From Candidatus Enterousia sp. (GTDB lineage Bacteria; Pseudomonadota; Alphaproteobacteria; Rs-D84), in contig JAZRSO010000004.1 in the NCBI GenBank assembly GCA_045651525.1, positions 17,127 to 81,126 of the forward strand: a stretch of DNA of 64,000 bases, given 5' to 3'. Positions 8,501 through 17,609 of this stretch are shown piece after piece (positions within the stretch are counted from its first letter, which is position 1; each line of letters begins with the position of its first letter). The notes below the pieces were generated by a model that ran no database searches, had not been told where the DNA came from, and worked only from the letters and a program-made list of their open reading frames with translations. A program made the position numbers and the translations under genes.

Positions 8501-9355
8501 AATGCTGTCAGCGTTTACCCAACGGCCGTCTTTTAATAAACCAGGGGCCATGCCTTCGGTTGAACGCAATGCGTCAATTACACTGCGTGCTTTTTGCGCG
8601 TCCAGATTGATAATGCGAACTTTGAATAAATCGCCTTCGTTTACAACGGCTGTTTCGCCATAAACCTTCATACGGTTTGCCAGTGCATCTGCGCTGTCTT
8701 GGGCGTAAAATGCAGCCAACTGAATGCTGTATGGACCTGATACAGGTGCTGCAACAGTTTCAGTTGCGACAGGTGTTGGTTCTGCGACGACTGTTGTGCC
8801 CAATGTTGCGTTTTTAACAGTGTTTGATTGATCGGCCAAAACCTGGACTTGAACCTTGCCCTGACCTTTCAGACCGATTTGTGCAGCAGCCGCAGATGAC
8901 AAATCGATTAAACGTGAGTTTACATATGGGCCACGGTTGTTGATACGAACAATAACAGATTGACCGTTGTCCAGGTTTGTTACCTGTGCGATTGTTGGTA
9001 ATGGCAATGTTTTGCTGGTCGCCAGCATTTGGTTGCTGTCGAATGTTTCGCCATTGCTGGTCTTTTTGCCATCCAAGTCTGCCGGGATAACACCAGCAAC
9101 ACCTGTTTGATTAAATGTCATATCTTCGGCAGGAATATATTGTACACCTTCAACCTGATATGCGGAACCGATAAAGTATTTTGGACCCGCCGCCAGTAAG
9201 TATGCGTTGTTTAAGTTTTCTGTTGCAGGTGCAGCCATCAATGGTTCTTCGCCAAATGCGTCTGGACCGTATGTGGCGCTGCTGCTGGTTCTGCTGAGGT
9301 CTGTACAACCCGCCAATATTGCGGTCAGTGCCGCCAAAGAGATAAGTTTTTTCAT
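8498..9355 (-). CDS. rlpA: Septal ring lytic transglycosylase RlpA. It is a lipoprotein with a DPBB domain and a C-terminal SPOR domain.
   Basis: The lipobox is LAGCTD. The DPBB core reads TSNGETFDSNQMLATSKTLPLPT..VRINNRGPYV. A SPOR-like C-terminus is present. An AAGGAG Shine-Dalgarno sequence precedes the start. Confidence 0.85.
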   Translation of the reverse strand: MKKLISLAALTAILAGCTDLSRTSSSATYGPDAFGEEPLMAAPATENLNNAYLLAAGPKYFIGSAYQVEGVQYIPAEDMTFNQTGVAGVIPADLDGKKTSNGETFDSNQMLATSKTLPLPTIAQVTNLDNGQSVIVRINNRGPYVNSRLIDLSSAAAAQIGLKGQGKVQVQVLADQSNTVKNATLGTTVVAEPTPVATETVAAPVSGPYSIQLAAFYAQDSADALANRMKVYGETAVVNEGDLFKVRIINLDAQKARSVIDALRSTEGMAPGLLKDGRWVNADSI

Positions 9356-9426
9356 TGTTAAGGACTCCTTCCATTACATTTATGATTTTATTTTATCATA
9401 AAAAAGCCCTGTATTCAAATTTATTT

Positions 9427-10893
9427 TTATGCGTGAATTTTGCGGTCTATCAAGTATGCAACAGGCAGGTATATTATGCCGTATCCGCCAATTGCCAGTC
9501 CCAATACCCATATATTGGAAATCGTAATGGTTGACAGACCCATACCCAGTAATGTCGCCCATGCGCCGAATGCAATAATACTGCGTACTGTGCGTCCGTC
9601 GTGTTTGACAAGTCCGCGTTTGTGACACGCACGCCCCAGTAAATAATTTTTTAGATAACCGCTGACAACAACGCCAATTGGAATCGCCAGATAGCCTACA
9701 ATTGGGAACAATATTAAATACAATACGGCCGCAATACTAAGTGATATAATACTTGTCTTGACAGGTGTTTTAACATCTTGGGCGGCGTATAGTGTTTTGC
9801 TGTATATCTGGCTGACCAGCATCGCGGGTAATACGAAAACCTGAATCATAATTGCCAGTGCAACTGCGTGTGTTGATTCAGATGTCCATGCGCCATATTC
9901 AAACAGAAATTTAATAATTGGTTCTGCCAAGACAAATAAACCCACCACGCATGGCAATATCAGCATCATAGAACGACGCAATGAAGAGTTCTGTTGTATA
10001 TAGACGCTGCGAATATTATTATTAGCCAGCGCATTTGATATAGACGACATCAGAACTGTTCCAACAGCCAATCCAATCATTGCAAATGGTAATTGCACAA
10101 TTCTGTCTGAATAATACAGCCATGATACAGCACCGCTTTGAAAACTGGCGACCAGTGTGCCGACAATAATTGTTATTTGATAGAAACCGTTGCCAACGAT
10201 ACTGACCCCTAGTCTTTTAAACATACTTTTTATCTGTGGGGTCCAGCGTGGCTTAATCAGATACAGTCCAAAGTGATTTCTGCGTATGCGCGACCATAGA
10301 ACGCCGAACTGAATAATTCCAGATAATACAACCGTGCCAGCCATTAGGTACAAGATATGCGTGCTGCCAAACGCCATGGCGAACAGTAATGCACATATCA
10401 ACATAATGTTTAACAATACCGGCATAAATGCTGCCAACAAGAACTTTGAAAATGCGTTTAATATTGCAGACAAGAATGCTGCACCGCATATAAAGATTAC
10501 ATATACAAACATTATACGCGATATAATAACAGTCATTTCCATTTTCCCAGGTGTCGCGTCAAACCCAGGTGCCAATCCCCATACGACCAGTGGCATAAAT
10601 ATTTCAAACAGTATTGTAATGCCCAGTAATATCAGTAATAACCACGAAAAAGCATTACGGGCAAAATGTTCGTCTTTTTTGGAATCTGTGTACATGGGAA
10701 TAAAGATTGCAGACAATGCCCCTTCGCCCAGCAGGTCACGGAACATATTCGGCAACTTGAACGCCGCCAAGAATATATCAGACATGCGCCCTGCCCCCAG
10801 TACGCGCGCAATCAGCATATCGCGAATGAATCCGAATATACGGCTGATACCAGTCATGGCACCAACCCCGAAAATATGTTTGCCTAGTTTCAT
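9427..10893 (-). CDS. murJ: Lipid II flippase MurJ/MviN.
   Basis: The N-terminus matches the MurJ signature (GISRIFGFIRDMLIARVLGAG..SDIFLAAFKLPNMFRDLLGEGALSAIFIP). The protein is polytopic and 488 aa long. Confidence 0.9.
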   Translation of the reverse strand: MKLGKHIFGVGAMTGISRIFGFIRDMLIARVLGAGRMSDIFLAAFKLPNMFRDLLGEGALSAIFIPMYTDSKKDEHFARNAFSWLLLILLGITILFEIFMPLVVWGLAPGFDATPGKMEMTVIISRIMFVYVIFICGAAFLSAILNAFSKFLLAAFMPVLLNIMLICALLFAMAFGSTHILYLMAGTVVLSGIIQFGVLWSRIRRNHFGLYLIKPRWTPQIKSMFKRLGVSIVGNGFYQITIIVGTLVASFQSGAVSWLYYSDRIVQLPFAMIGLAVGTVLMSSISNALANNNIRSVYIQQNSSLRRSMMLILPCVVGLFVLAEPIIKFLFEYGAWTSESTHAVALAIMIQVFVLPAMLVSQIYSKTLYAAQDVKTPVKTSIISLSIAAVLYLILFPIVGYLAIPIGVVVSGYLKNYLLGRACHKRGLVKHDGRTVRSIIAFGAWATLLGMGLSTITISNIWVLGLAIGGYGIIYLPVAYLIDRKIHA

Positions 10894-10945
10894 AGTTTAG
10901 ATTATACTGCGTTATGTATTGGAAAATCAAGACAGGAATTAAATT

Positions 10946-11668
10946 ATGAAAAAACTGATAATGTTATGTGGTGTGTTGGCTGTATTGGCTGGGTGCGCTG
11001 GTGGCGACACAGAAATTGTTGCAGATATGCCATTGGCGGATATTTATAAATCTGCATATGATAACTTTAACGATGGTGACTATGAACAGGCGGCAATGGA
11101 TTTCTTGCGTGCAGAAACACAACATCCGGCAAGTGCGTATGCCGCAGATGCGCTGGTTATGGCGGCGTATTCGCAGTACTTAGACGATGATTTCGCAGGT
11201 GCAATATTGACCACAGACAGATTTATGCGATTTCACCCAGGGCACGCAGATGTACCATATGTAATGTATTTGCGCGGAATGTGCTATTACCGTCAGGTCA
11301 GTGACGTTCGTCGTGAACCTGGTATGTCTGCGTACGCATTGCAACAGTTCCAAACACTGGTTCAGCGTTTTCCACGCAGTCCATACGCCAAGAATGCTGA
11401 AAATAAAATAAATATCTTGAAAAACTATATCGCGGGCAAGGTTATGTATTCTGCGCGTAACGATATGCGCAAAGAAAACTGGACCAGTGCGATAAATCGC
11501 TTGCAATCAATCGTGACAGACGCCCAAGAAACCGTCATGCCGGCCGAGGCATTATATCGCCTGACAGAATGTTATACGGCGATTGGATTGCCACAACAGG
11601 CGAACGGTTATGCAGAAATGTTAAAATTAAACTTTCCAGACAACGAATGGACAAAAAAGTTGAAATAA
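10946..11668 (+). CDS. bamD: Outer membrane protein assembly factor BamD, a TPR lipoprotein.
   Basis: The lipobox is LAGCAG. TPR-like repeats follow. The size of 240 aa and the alphaproteobacterial context are typical for BamD. Confidence 0.8.
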   Translation: MKKLIMLCGVLAVLAGCAGGDTEIVADMPLADIYKSAYDNFNDGDYEQAAMDFLRAETQHPASAYAADALVMAAYSQYLDDDFAGAILTTDRFMRFHPGHADVPYVMYLRGMCYYRQVSDVRREPGMSAYALQQFQTLVQRFPRSPYAKNAENKINILKNYIAGKVMYSARNDMRKENWTSAINRLQSIVTDAQETVMPAEALYRLTECYTAIGLPQQANGYAEMLKLNFPDNEWTKKLK

Positions 11669-11695
11669 AATCCCCCATTTGGGGGCTTTTTTATT
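11669..11695 (+). terminator. Rho-independent terminator after bamD.
   Basis: TCCCCCatttGGGGGcttttttatt lies immediately after the stop at 11668. Confidence 0.7.
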
Positions 11696-11696
11696 A

Positions 11697-11728
11697 TTGA
11701 AAAAGATGTAAATTTTGATAGAATATAA
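11697..11728 (+). promoter_or_regulatory. Candidate sigma70 promoter of a structured leader or sRNA upstream of the secreted protein gene.
   Basis: TTGAAA is followed by a 16-nt spacer and TAGAAT/TATAAT. Downstream lie about 200 nt of hairpin-rich sequence ending in a terminator at 11915..11945. Confidence 0.35.
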
Positions 11729-11914
11729 TTTGAACTGACAGGGATGTCGGTTCGGGCCTTAGAAAAGCCAAACAGTTTCGGTGCAAAACGCATCGTAAAT
11801 CCGATGATGTCGGTGTTTTTGCACCGTTATTTTTACCACCCCCGATTATGGTCGGGGTGCCGTTGTAATATATTGAACGCAACGGGGTCACTAAACTGTT
11901 GATTTTTCTAACAC

Positions 11915-11945
11915 CCCGACCGTCATTTCTGTGACGGTTTTTGTT
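11915..11945 (+). terminator. Terminator or attenuator hairpin immediately upstream of the secreted protein gene start.
   Basis: GACCGTCAtttctgTGACGGTttttgtttt ends 13 nt before the ATG at 11958. Confidence 0.5.
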
Positions 11946-11957
11946 TTGGGAAAAATC

Positions 11958-12902
11958 ATGCGTAAATTATTGGTTGTTTTATTTGTCTGTATTGTGTTTT
12001 GCGCAAATGCACGTGTGTTGCATGTGGACGATAATGTAATAAAACTGTCACAAACAAAAACAACCGACCCCGCCCTGCACGTCCGTATTGGTGATGAATT
12101 ATGGTATGGGAATATGGGGCGCTGTACACTTCCTATGAACGAAAGCACAGACAAAGAATTAAAAGTAAGATACAATGATACAGATTATTGGGTGTCAGAT
12201 CATACAGGTTATATTATCCAAGATGGAAAATTAACAGATGTATTATGTAATGTGTATTTAATGGGGACAGGGACACAATTGATCGATACATTGCACGTAC
12301 CAACGCTGGTCACACGCAGTGAATTAGAATTAAAATTTTCTGATGACAATAAAAAATCAGATGGACGTGTTATTTTTTTTGGAATCTATGATTTTTATGA
12401 TACAAAATCGTCTTATGGGCTAAATTTTGGTGCGGGCGGACAATATTATGGTATCTATCCATGGATTTGTGCATTTAATGGCGAAGGTGGACCGTCTTGG
12501 TGCAGAAGTTTTGGAAGTCTTAATATTTCACAAAAATTAAAAACAACCAAACAACTGGTTGTTTTAGATGCAAAAAATAATTATGTACAATACGGGAATC
12601 AAACTAAAGTGCTACAAGGTCGTAAAACCACTGAAAAAGAATCTGTTATATTGTTTGGGGGGCGTTATACAGATAAAAATAATAATAAAAAATTGCTCGC
12701 TTATCAGCAAACAGATGCTATGTACATATATTCCACCAAGATATACGAAGATGACGTTCTTGTTCGGCATTTTGTGCCGGTGCCATGTGGGTTAAAAATT
12801 GGGGATTTTGTTGTGCCATCTAATGGCATGTGGGATATTGTAGAACAAAAATTTTATGGCAACATTGGAACTGGTGATTTTATTTATGGCGTGGATAAGT
12901 AA
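11958..12902 (+). CDS. Secreted hypothetical protein of 314 aa.
   Basis: The ATG at 11958 gives the signal peptide MRKLLVVLFVCIVFCANA. No recognizable domain was found. A conserved terminator lies downstream. Confidence 0.6.
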   Translation: MRKLLVVLFVCIVFCANARVLHVDDNVIKLSQTKTTDPALHVRIGDELWYGNMGRCTLPMNESTDKELKVRYNDTDYWVSDHTGYIIQDGKLTDVLCNVYLMGTGTQLIDTLHVPTLVTRSELELKFSDDNKKSDGRVIFFGIYDFYDTKSSYGLNFGAGGQYYGIYPWICAFNGEGGPSWCRSFGSLNISQKLKTTKQLVVLDAKNNYVQYGNQTKVLQGRKTTEKESVILFGGRYTDKNNNKKLLAYQQTDAMYIYSTKIYEDDVLVRHFVPVPCGLKIGDFVVPSNGMWDIVEQKFYGNIGTGDFIYGVDK

Positions 12903-12906
12903 ATGT

Positions 12907-12935
12907 AAAAAAATCCCCCAATCGGGGGATTTTTA
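12907..12935. terminator. Bidirectional terminator of the ATCCCCC/GGGGGAT type.
   Basis: aaaaaaATCCCCCaatcGGGGGATtttt lies between the convergent stops at 12902 (+) and 12933 (-). Confidence 0.7.
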
Positions 12936-13379
12936 AGAGATTTTTTCAACGCGTCTGACGCGGCGTTCGCAGTTGTCAAATGGACTTTCCAAAAATGCCT
13001 GAACAGTCAGGAATGCAACCTCGATATCAATGTCGTCTGCGGCCAATGCCAAAACATTTATATCGTCGTGAAATCTGTCGTCGCGTGCCTGGTTCGGTGT
13101 GTTGCAACGTGATGCACGAATGTGTTTATATCTGTTCGCGGCAATCATTACGCCCGCCCCTGTGCCACAGATAATAATACCGCGTGAATTTGGGTCGTCC
13201 AACATTGCATCTGCCAATGTCGCGGCAACATCTGGGTAATCCGCAGATGTGTTCGGATCGTCAACCCCTAAATTTACAGCGTTATATCCAGCTGCAGCCA
13301 ACATTTCGATTAAGTATAATTTCAATCCAACCCCACGATGGTCGGCCGCAACAAAAACACGTGATACATTTTTATTCAT
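12933..13379 (-). CDS. rpiB: Ribose-5-phosphate isomerase B.
   Basis: RpiB/LacAB signature (RVFVAADHRGVGLK..IIICGTGAGVMIAANR). Its start overlaps the bactofilin stop as TAATG. Confidence 0.85.
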   Translation of the reverse strand: MNKNVSRVFVAADHRGVGLKLYLIEMLAAAGYNAVNLGVDDPNTSADYPDVAATLADAMLDDPNSRGIIICGTGAGVMIAANRYKHIRASRCNTPNQARDDRFHDDINVLALAADDIDIEVAFLTVQAFLESPFDNCERRVRRVEKIS

Positions 13380-13738
13380 TATTTTTTTCCTTTCTTTTCG
13401 TCTGTGCGTTTAGACAGTTTGCAATCCAGACCTGTGTTGCCTGTGATATTCAATGTGTTATACGCCAATGTGCCGGTCATTTTTGCCGCGTTAAAGACAT
13501 TTGCAGTGTTTACCGTCGCAGAACCGTCCAATGTGCCATGTAAAAATAATACAGGTGCGTTTACGTCGCCAATAACAACGCCACCACGACCAATTACAAC
13601 TGTTTCCGCAGTAATGTTACCCACAACTTCGCCATGGATTTGAACATTGTGGTCTGTTTTTATGTCGCCTGTTAGTTTGCAACCTGCCCCAATGACTGTT
13701 GGTGATTGCTTTTCTGATGCGTTTGTAAATGCCAGCAT
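13379..13738 (-). CDS. Bactofilin (DUF583), a polymer-forming cytoskeletal protein.
   Basis: It shows a beta-helical repeat pattern with regular hydrophobic periodicity (VIGAGCKLTGDIKTDHNVQIHGEVVGNITAETVVIGRGGVVIGDV). The ATG at 13738 follows an AAGGGGA Shine-Dalgarno sequence and lies 1 nt after the M23 peptidase stop. Confidence 0.75.
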   Translation of the reverse strand: MLAFTNASEKQSPTVIGAGCKLTGDIKTDHNVQIHGEVVGNITAETVVIGRGGVVIGDVNAPVLFLHGTLDGSATVNTANVFNAAKMTGTLAYNTLNITGNTGLDCKLSKRTDEKKGKK

Positions 13739-13739
13739 T

Positions 13740-15020
13740 TTATTTTTCCCCTTGTACAAATTTTGTTGGATCAAATGGTGCGCCCTTGTATCTGATTTCA
13801 TAGTGCAGATGTGGCCCTGTTGAACGACCAGATGAACCCGCCAATCCAATTACTGTTCCTGGTCTGACCCAGTCGCCACGTGATACGTTTATCTGGGACA
13901 AGTGGGCATATAATGTTGTAAAGCCCAAACCGTGGTCAATTTCAACCGTTGTGCCATAACCCACGCGTTCGCCTGCTGATACAACACGACCAGGTGCAAC
14001 CGCCATCAATTCTGTGCCAATTTTGCCCGCAAAGTCAATACCACGATGTTTCTTTGGCTTGCCAGTAAATGGGTCTTTGCGTGTGCCGTAATTTGATGTA
14101 ACACGTGAATTTACAGGTTTGCCCAATGGTAATACTTCGTTCAGGCGACGCAGACCATTCCAACGTTCCAGACCGTCGGCCAGTTTTTGATATTTTTCAT
14201 CTAAATCCTTGTTGAATTCAATAGGTGTAAATGCAGACCCAACCAATGGATTTGAATATTTGTTCACATTTCTGATAAGTGTTTTTTCGTTCAATCCCAG
14301 TGTCGCCAATGTGCCATGAATCTGTTTGATGTTTTTGTTTAATTCGTCTGTCTTTTCTTTGGTTAATGTGTTTACTGTATCAACGATTATGTTGTCAGCC
14401 TCGGCAATTTGTAGCATTGATTCCAACATCTGGGTATTGCGTTTCTTTAATTCGTCGTTTTCTGCGCGTGTCAGTTCGTATTCTGTCGCCAATTCTGACA
14501 TTTTGATATATTCTGGGGCATAATCTTCGTCTTTTAGCATTTCAACAATGCGTGTGCGTAAAAATTCCAGTTCGCCCCATGTTTTACTGCGACTGTTCAT
14601 CAGGGTTTCTTTGTCTTTGTCGGATTTATCCTTGGCGTTCAGGATTTTGTCGTCAATGATATTCAAATCACGTGCCAATGTTGTATATTTCGCCAGATAA
14701 GCTTGTAAATCTGTCATATGACGTGCGTGTGTATCGCGTACCTGTTCCAGTTGCTGGGTGCGCATTTGTAATAACGGACGATGATATACGAAAACGTATG
14801 TTGACCATGTCGCCCACAAGAACAGTCCAACCTTGCCACAAAAGCGTGTAAAACGCCAAAAACTGCTTTGTTCATACGAATATACATTGCCATTAGGCGT
14901 GTCCATAACAGTAAACTGGCGCGGTGGGAACAGACGGCTTATCAATCGCCAAATCGCACGAAATGGTGATGTTATAAATGCCCACAGGGACGTAAAATAT
15001 CTTGTTATAAAGTTTAACAT
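13740..15020 (-). CDS. M23/LytM-family metallopeptidase with an N-terminal TM segment and a coiled coil.
   Basis: The C-terminal M23 domain reads HRGIDFAGKIGTELMAVAPGRV...GYGTTVEIDHGLGFTTLYAHLSQ...GSSGRSTGPHLHYEIR. A long coiled-coil region lies upstream of it. Confidence 0.85.
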   Translation of the reverse strand: MLNFITRYFTSLWAFITSPFRAIWRLISRLFPPRQFTVMDTPNGNVYSYEQSSFWRFTRFCGKVGLFLWATWSTYVFVYHRPLLQMRTQQLEQVRDTHARHMTDLQAYLAKYTTLARDLNIIDDKILNAKDKSDKDKETLMNSRSKTWGELEFLRTRIVEMLKDEDYAPEYIKMSELATEYELTRAENDELKKRNTQMLESMLQIAEADNIIVDTVNTLTKEKTDELNKNIKQIHGTLATLGLNEKTLIRNVNKYSNPLVGSAFTPIEFNKDLDEKYQKLADGLERWNGLRRLNEVLPLGKPVNSRVTSNYGTRKDPFTGKPKKHRGIDFAGKIGTELMAVAPGRVVSAGERVGYGTTVEIDHGLGFTTLYAHLSQINVSRGDWVRPGTVIGLAGSSGRSTGPHLHYEIRYKGAPFDPTKFVQGEK

Positions 15021-15700
15021 GTCTGGTATATTCTAGACAACGTATCGGCAATAGTCAAGCCATCACGCAAAATCATATCACAGTTCATAGATATTCCGCG
15101 GTGTAAAACGCTGATTCCGCGTGTGCCAAGTCTGCCCGAAATTAAAACGCGTTCTGCGGTGTTTTTTGCACCAAAAAGTGGTAAAATATTTATATCGCCC
15201 AACTTTTTTGACATTTCTGAAACTGCGCGTGCTGTGGTGGCTGCGTCTGTGATAATACAGAAAGTGCCCATTGGGCGCACACGTGCAACGCAACGCGAAA
15301 TCCATAACGATAAATCTGCGTTATGATGCGCGTTATGCTGTGCCGGCGTACCATTAAAATAAGGTGGGTTTGTTATAACCAAATCAAATGTGCGGTCTGA
15401 TTTCCATGTGGTAATATCTGCATTTATCAATTCAATGTTTGCATTGTTTAATTCTGCATTTGATTTACACTCGTTTAACATTTGTTCTGATATATCAAGG
15501 CCTGTAATCTGGGCGTCTGGATTGTTTGCCAGCAGACACAAAGATGCACCACCGGTGCCAATGCCGACATCCAATACAGTCTTGGCATCCGTTGGTGCAA
15601 ATGCAGCCAGCCACACCGCATCAGATGTTGGATTATAAAAACCACGGTGCATTTTAACGCGCCCGCCCATCAGGGTAAAAATGTCTTGTTTTGTAGTCAT
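15014..15700 (-). CDS. SAM-dependent N6-adenine methyltransferase with an NPPY motif, similar to tRNA m6A37 YfiC/TrmN6.
   Basis: It contains VLDVGIGTGGASL and DLVITNPPY. Its stop overlaps the M23 peptidase start. Confidence 0.6.
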   Translation of the reverse strand: MTTKQDIFTLMGGRVKMHRGFYNPTSDAVWLAAFAPTDAKTVLDVGIGTGGASLCLLANNPDAQITGLDISEQMLNECKSNAELNNANIELINADITTWKSDRTFDLVITNPPYFNGTPAQHNAHHNADLSLWISRCVARVRPMGTFCIITDAATTARAVSEMSKKLGDINILPLFGAKNTAERVLISGRLGTRGISVLHRGISMNCDMILRDGLTIADTLSRIYQTC

Positions 15701-15740
15701 ATCTATTTATAATAAAGTATTCAAATCAAAAGGCAAGTTT

Positions 15741-16727
15741 ATGTTAAATGATATGGCGATTGTACAAAGTGCGGCAAGTGCGTTCAATAATGCAGCGTTG
15801 GTGGCCCCTGCGTTTTTATGGTGGGCGATTTTAATGTTACCGTTATATGTGGCTGTGTATTGGTACGGATGTGATTTTATGATGCGCATTGGTTGGAATC
15901 GTGGCAATTTATTGGCCAAGGTTTCTTTTTGGACTGTGGTGTTTGGGGGCGCATGGACTGTGTTATTTAGTGGTAACTATGCGGTGTTGCGTGATGATTT
16001 GTCTGTTTTGCCAATGTTGACTGCGGTTATTGTCTTTTTATCGTCTTTGTTTGTATCTTCGCATTTACGGGGTGTTGCCCTGCCCCATATGCGCTGGAAA
16101 CAGTGGTTGTTTGTGCTGGCTGTATTGGTAATGGTTGGGTTGTCCGACACGCATGCATGGTGGGGGCCGTTGTTACAGATTTTTGCGTTGTTTGGTGGTG
16201 TGCTGGTTGGGCGTTTCGCAGGCGGTGCAATGCGACCAATGGGCGGAACTGTATTGATTATGATGACGATTATTATTGCAGTCTTAATGCAACCAGAATT
16301 TTTCAGATTTGGTCAGTTGGGTAATTTAACAGTCTTTCATTTATTGGCGATATTGCTGTTTGGAATTGTGTCTGTTGCGACTGTTGTTGTGTCTAATGTT
16401 CGGTCTAAGAATAAAATCCAAGATAGCTTATTCATAAAATTAAAGTGGCTGTGGCGTGTGGCGTGTTTGTTGGGGTGTGCATTATTTATGCTGACCGAGG
16501 CTGTACCAGTTCTGCTGGGGACATTGATTGCGTTTGCGATTATGTTTATAATGTCTGTATGGCATGCAAAAAATATAAACAATGCCCTTGGGGACAAGTT
16601 GTTCGCAGTCAGCTTATTCTTGTTTGGTGTAATCTGTGTTATGCCAGTGGTCAGTGCCATGGGAATTTTGTATTGGTTAAATACTTCTGATTGCAAATTG
16701 TGGCAGGAATCCAAGGTCTTGTTATAA
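15741..16727 (+). CDS. Polytopic inner-membrane hypothetical protein with about 10 predicted TM segments.
   Basis: The ORF spans 15681..16727 and was trimmed to the ATG at 15741. The protein is highly hydrophobic with no recognizable motif. Confidence 0.55.
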   Translation: MLNDMAIVQSAASAFNNAALVAPAFLWWAILMLPLYVAVYWYGCDFMMRIGWNRGNLLAKVSFWTVVFGGAWTVLFSGNYAVLRDDLSVLPMLTAVIVFLSSLFVSSHLRGVALPHMRWKQWLFVLAVLVMVGLSDTHAWWGPLLQIFALFGGVLVGRFAGGAMRPMGGTVLIMMTIIIAVLMQPEFFRFGQLGNLTVFHLLAILLFGIVSVATVVVSNVRSKNKIQDSLFIKLKWLWRVACLLGCALFMLTEAVPVLLGTLIAFAIMFIMSVWHAKNINNALGDKLFAVSLFLFGVICVMPVVSAMGILYWLNTSDCKLWQESKVLL

Positions 16728-16811
16728 TTTGTTATATTTATTTAATACCATTTATTGTCGCAATAATGTATTATTTTAGCAAAATAAACATAAAACCTAA
16801 GGTAATATATT

Positions 16812-17609
16812 ATGACAATACATCCAACTGCTATTATTCACGAAGGCGCTAAAATCGGTGCAGATTGTAAGATTGGGGCATACTGCATTATTGGGCCAAA
16901 TGTTGTGCTGGGTGATCGTGTGGAATTGGTTTCTCATGTCGTTATTGACGGAAAAACATCGATTGGTGATGATTCTATTGTGTACCCTTTTGCAGTACTG
17001 GGCGTAATGAGTCAGGACTTAAAATGGCAAGACGAAGCCGCAATGACAGGTCTGCGTGTTGGTAAGCGTTGCAGAATTCGTGAATATGTAACAATTCATT
17101 CTGGAACACCTGCATCAGATGGTACGGTTATTGGCGATGACTGTCAGATTATGGTTAATGCGCACGTTGGTCATGACTGCAAGATTGGTAACAGTGTTGT
17201 TATGTCTAACCTGGTTCAGGTCGCCGGACATGTAGAGGTTGAAGATTTTGCAATTTTATCTGGTGGTGTAATGGTCTTGCAGTTTGCACGTATTGGACGT
17301 AATGCGTTTGTTGGGGGAATGTCCGGGGTCAGCAATGATGTCTTGCCGTATGCGATTTATGATGGTGCGCGTGCTGTATATCGTACAATCAATCGCGTTG
17401 GCCTGATGCGTCACGGATTTACAAACGAAGATATGCATGCGATTCATTCGGTGTATTCTGCGGTATTCCGCACAGACGAAGGTACTGTTGCAGAACGCTT
17501 GGCCAAGGTTCGTAAAGAAGTAAAAAATAACAAATATGCGATGGACGCGATTGACTTTATTGAAAACCGTTCAAAGCGTGGAATTGGTACATCAAAAAAT
17601 GCAGAATAA
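16812..17609 (+). CDS. lpxA: UDP-N-acetylglucosamine O-acyltransferase.
   Basis: Left-handed beta-helix hexapeptide repeats begin with MTIHPTAIIHEGAKIGADCKIGAYCIIGPNVVLG. The protein is 265 aa and overlaps lpxB. Confidence 0.9.
   Translation: MTIHPTAIIHEGAKIGADCKIGAYCIIGPNVVLGDRVELVSHVVIDGKTSIGDDSIVYPFAVLGVMSQDLKWQDEAAMTGLRVGKRCRIREYVTIHSGTPASDGTVIGDDCQIMVNAHVGHDCKIGNSVVMSNLVQVAGHVEVEDFAILSGGVMVLQFARIGRNAFVGGMSGVSNDVLPYAIYDGARAVYRTINRVGLMRHGFTNEDMHAIHSVYSAVFRTDEGTVAERLAKVRKEVKNNKYAMDAIDFIENRSKRGIGTSKNAE

Noticed and set aside
10334-10900. A 188-aa plus-strand ORF antisense to murJ.
   Set aside because: It lies entirely within the murJ coding region on the opposite strand. Its low-complexity Asn/Ile-rich translation mirrors the hydrophobic codons of murJ.
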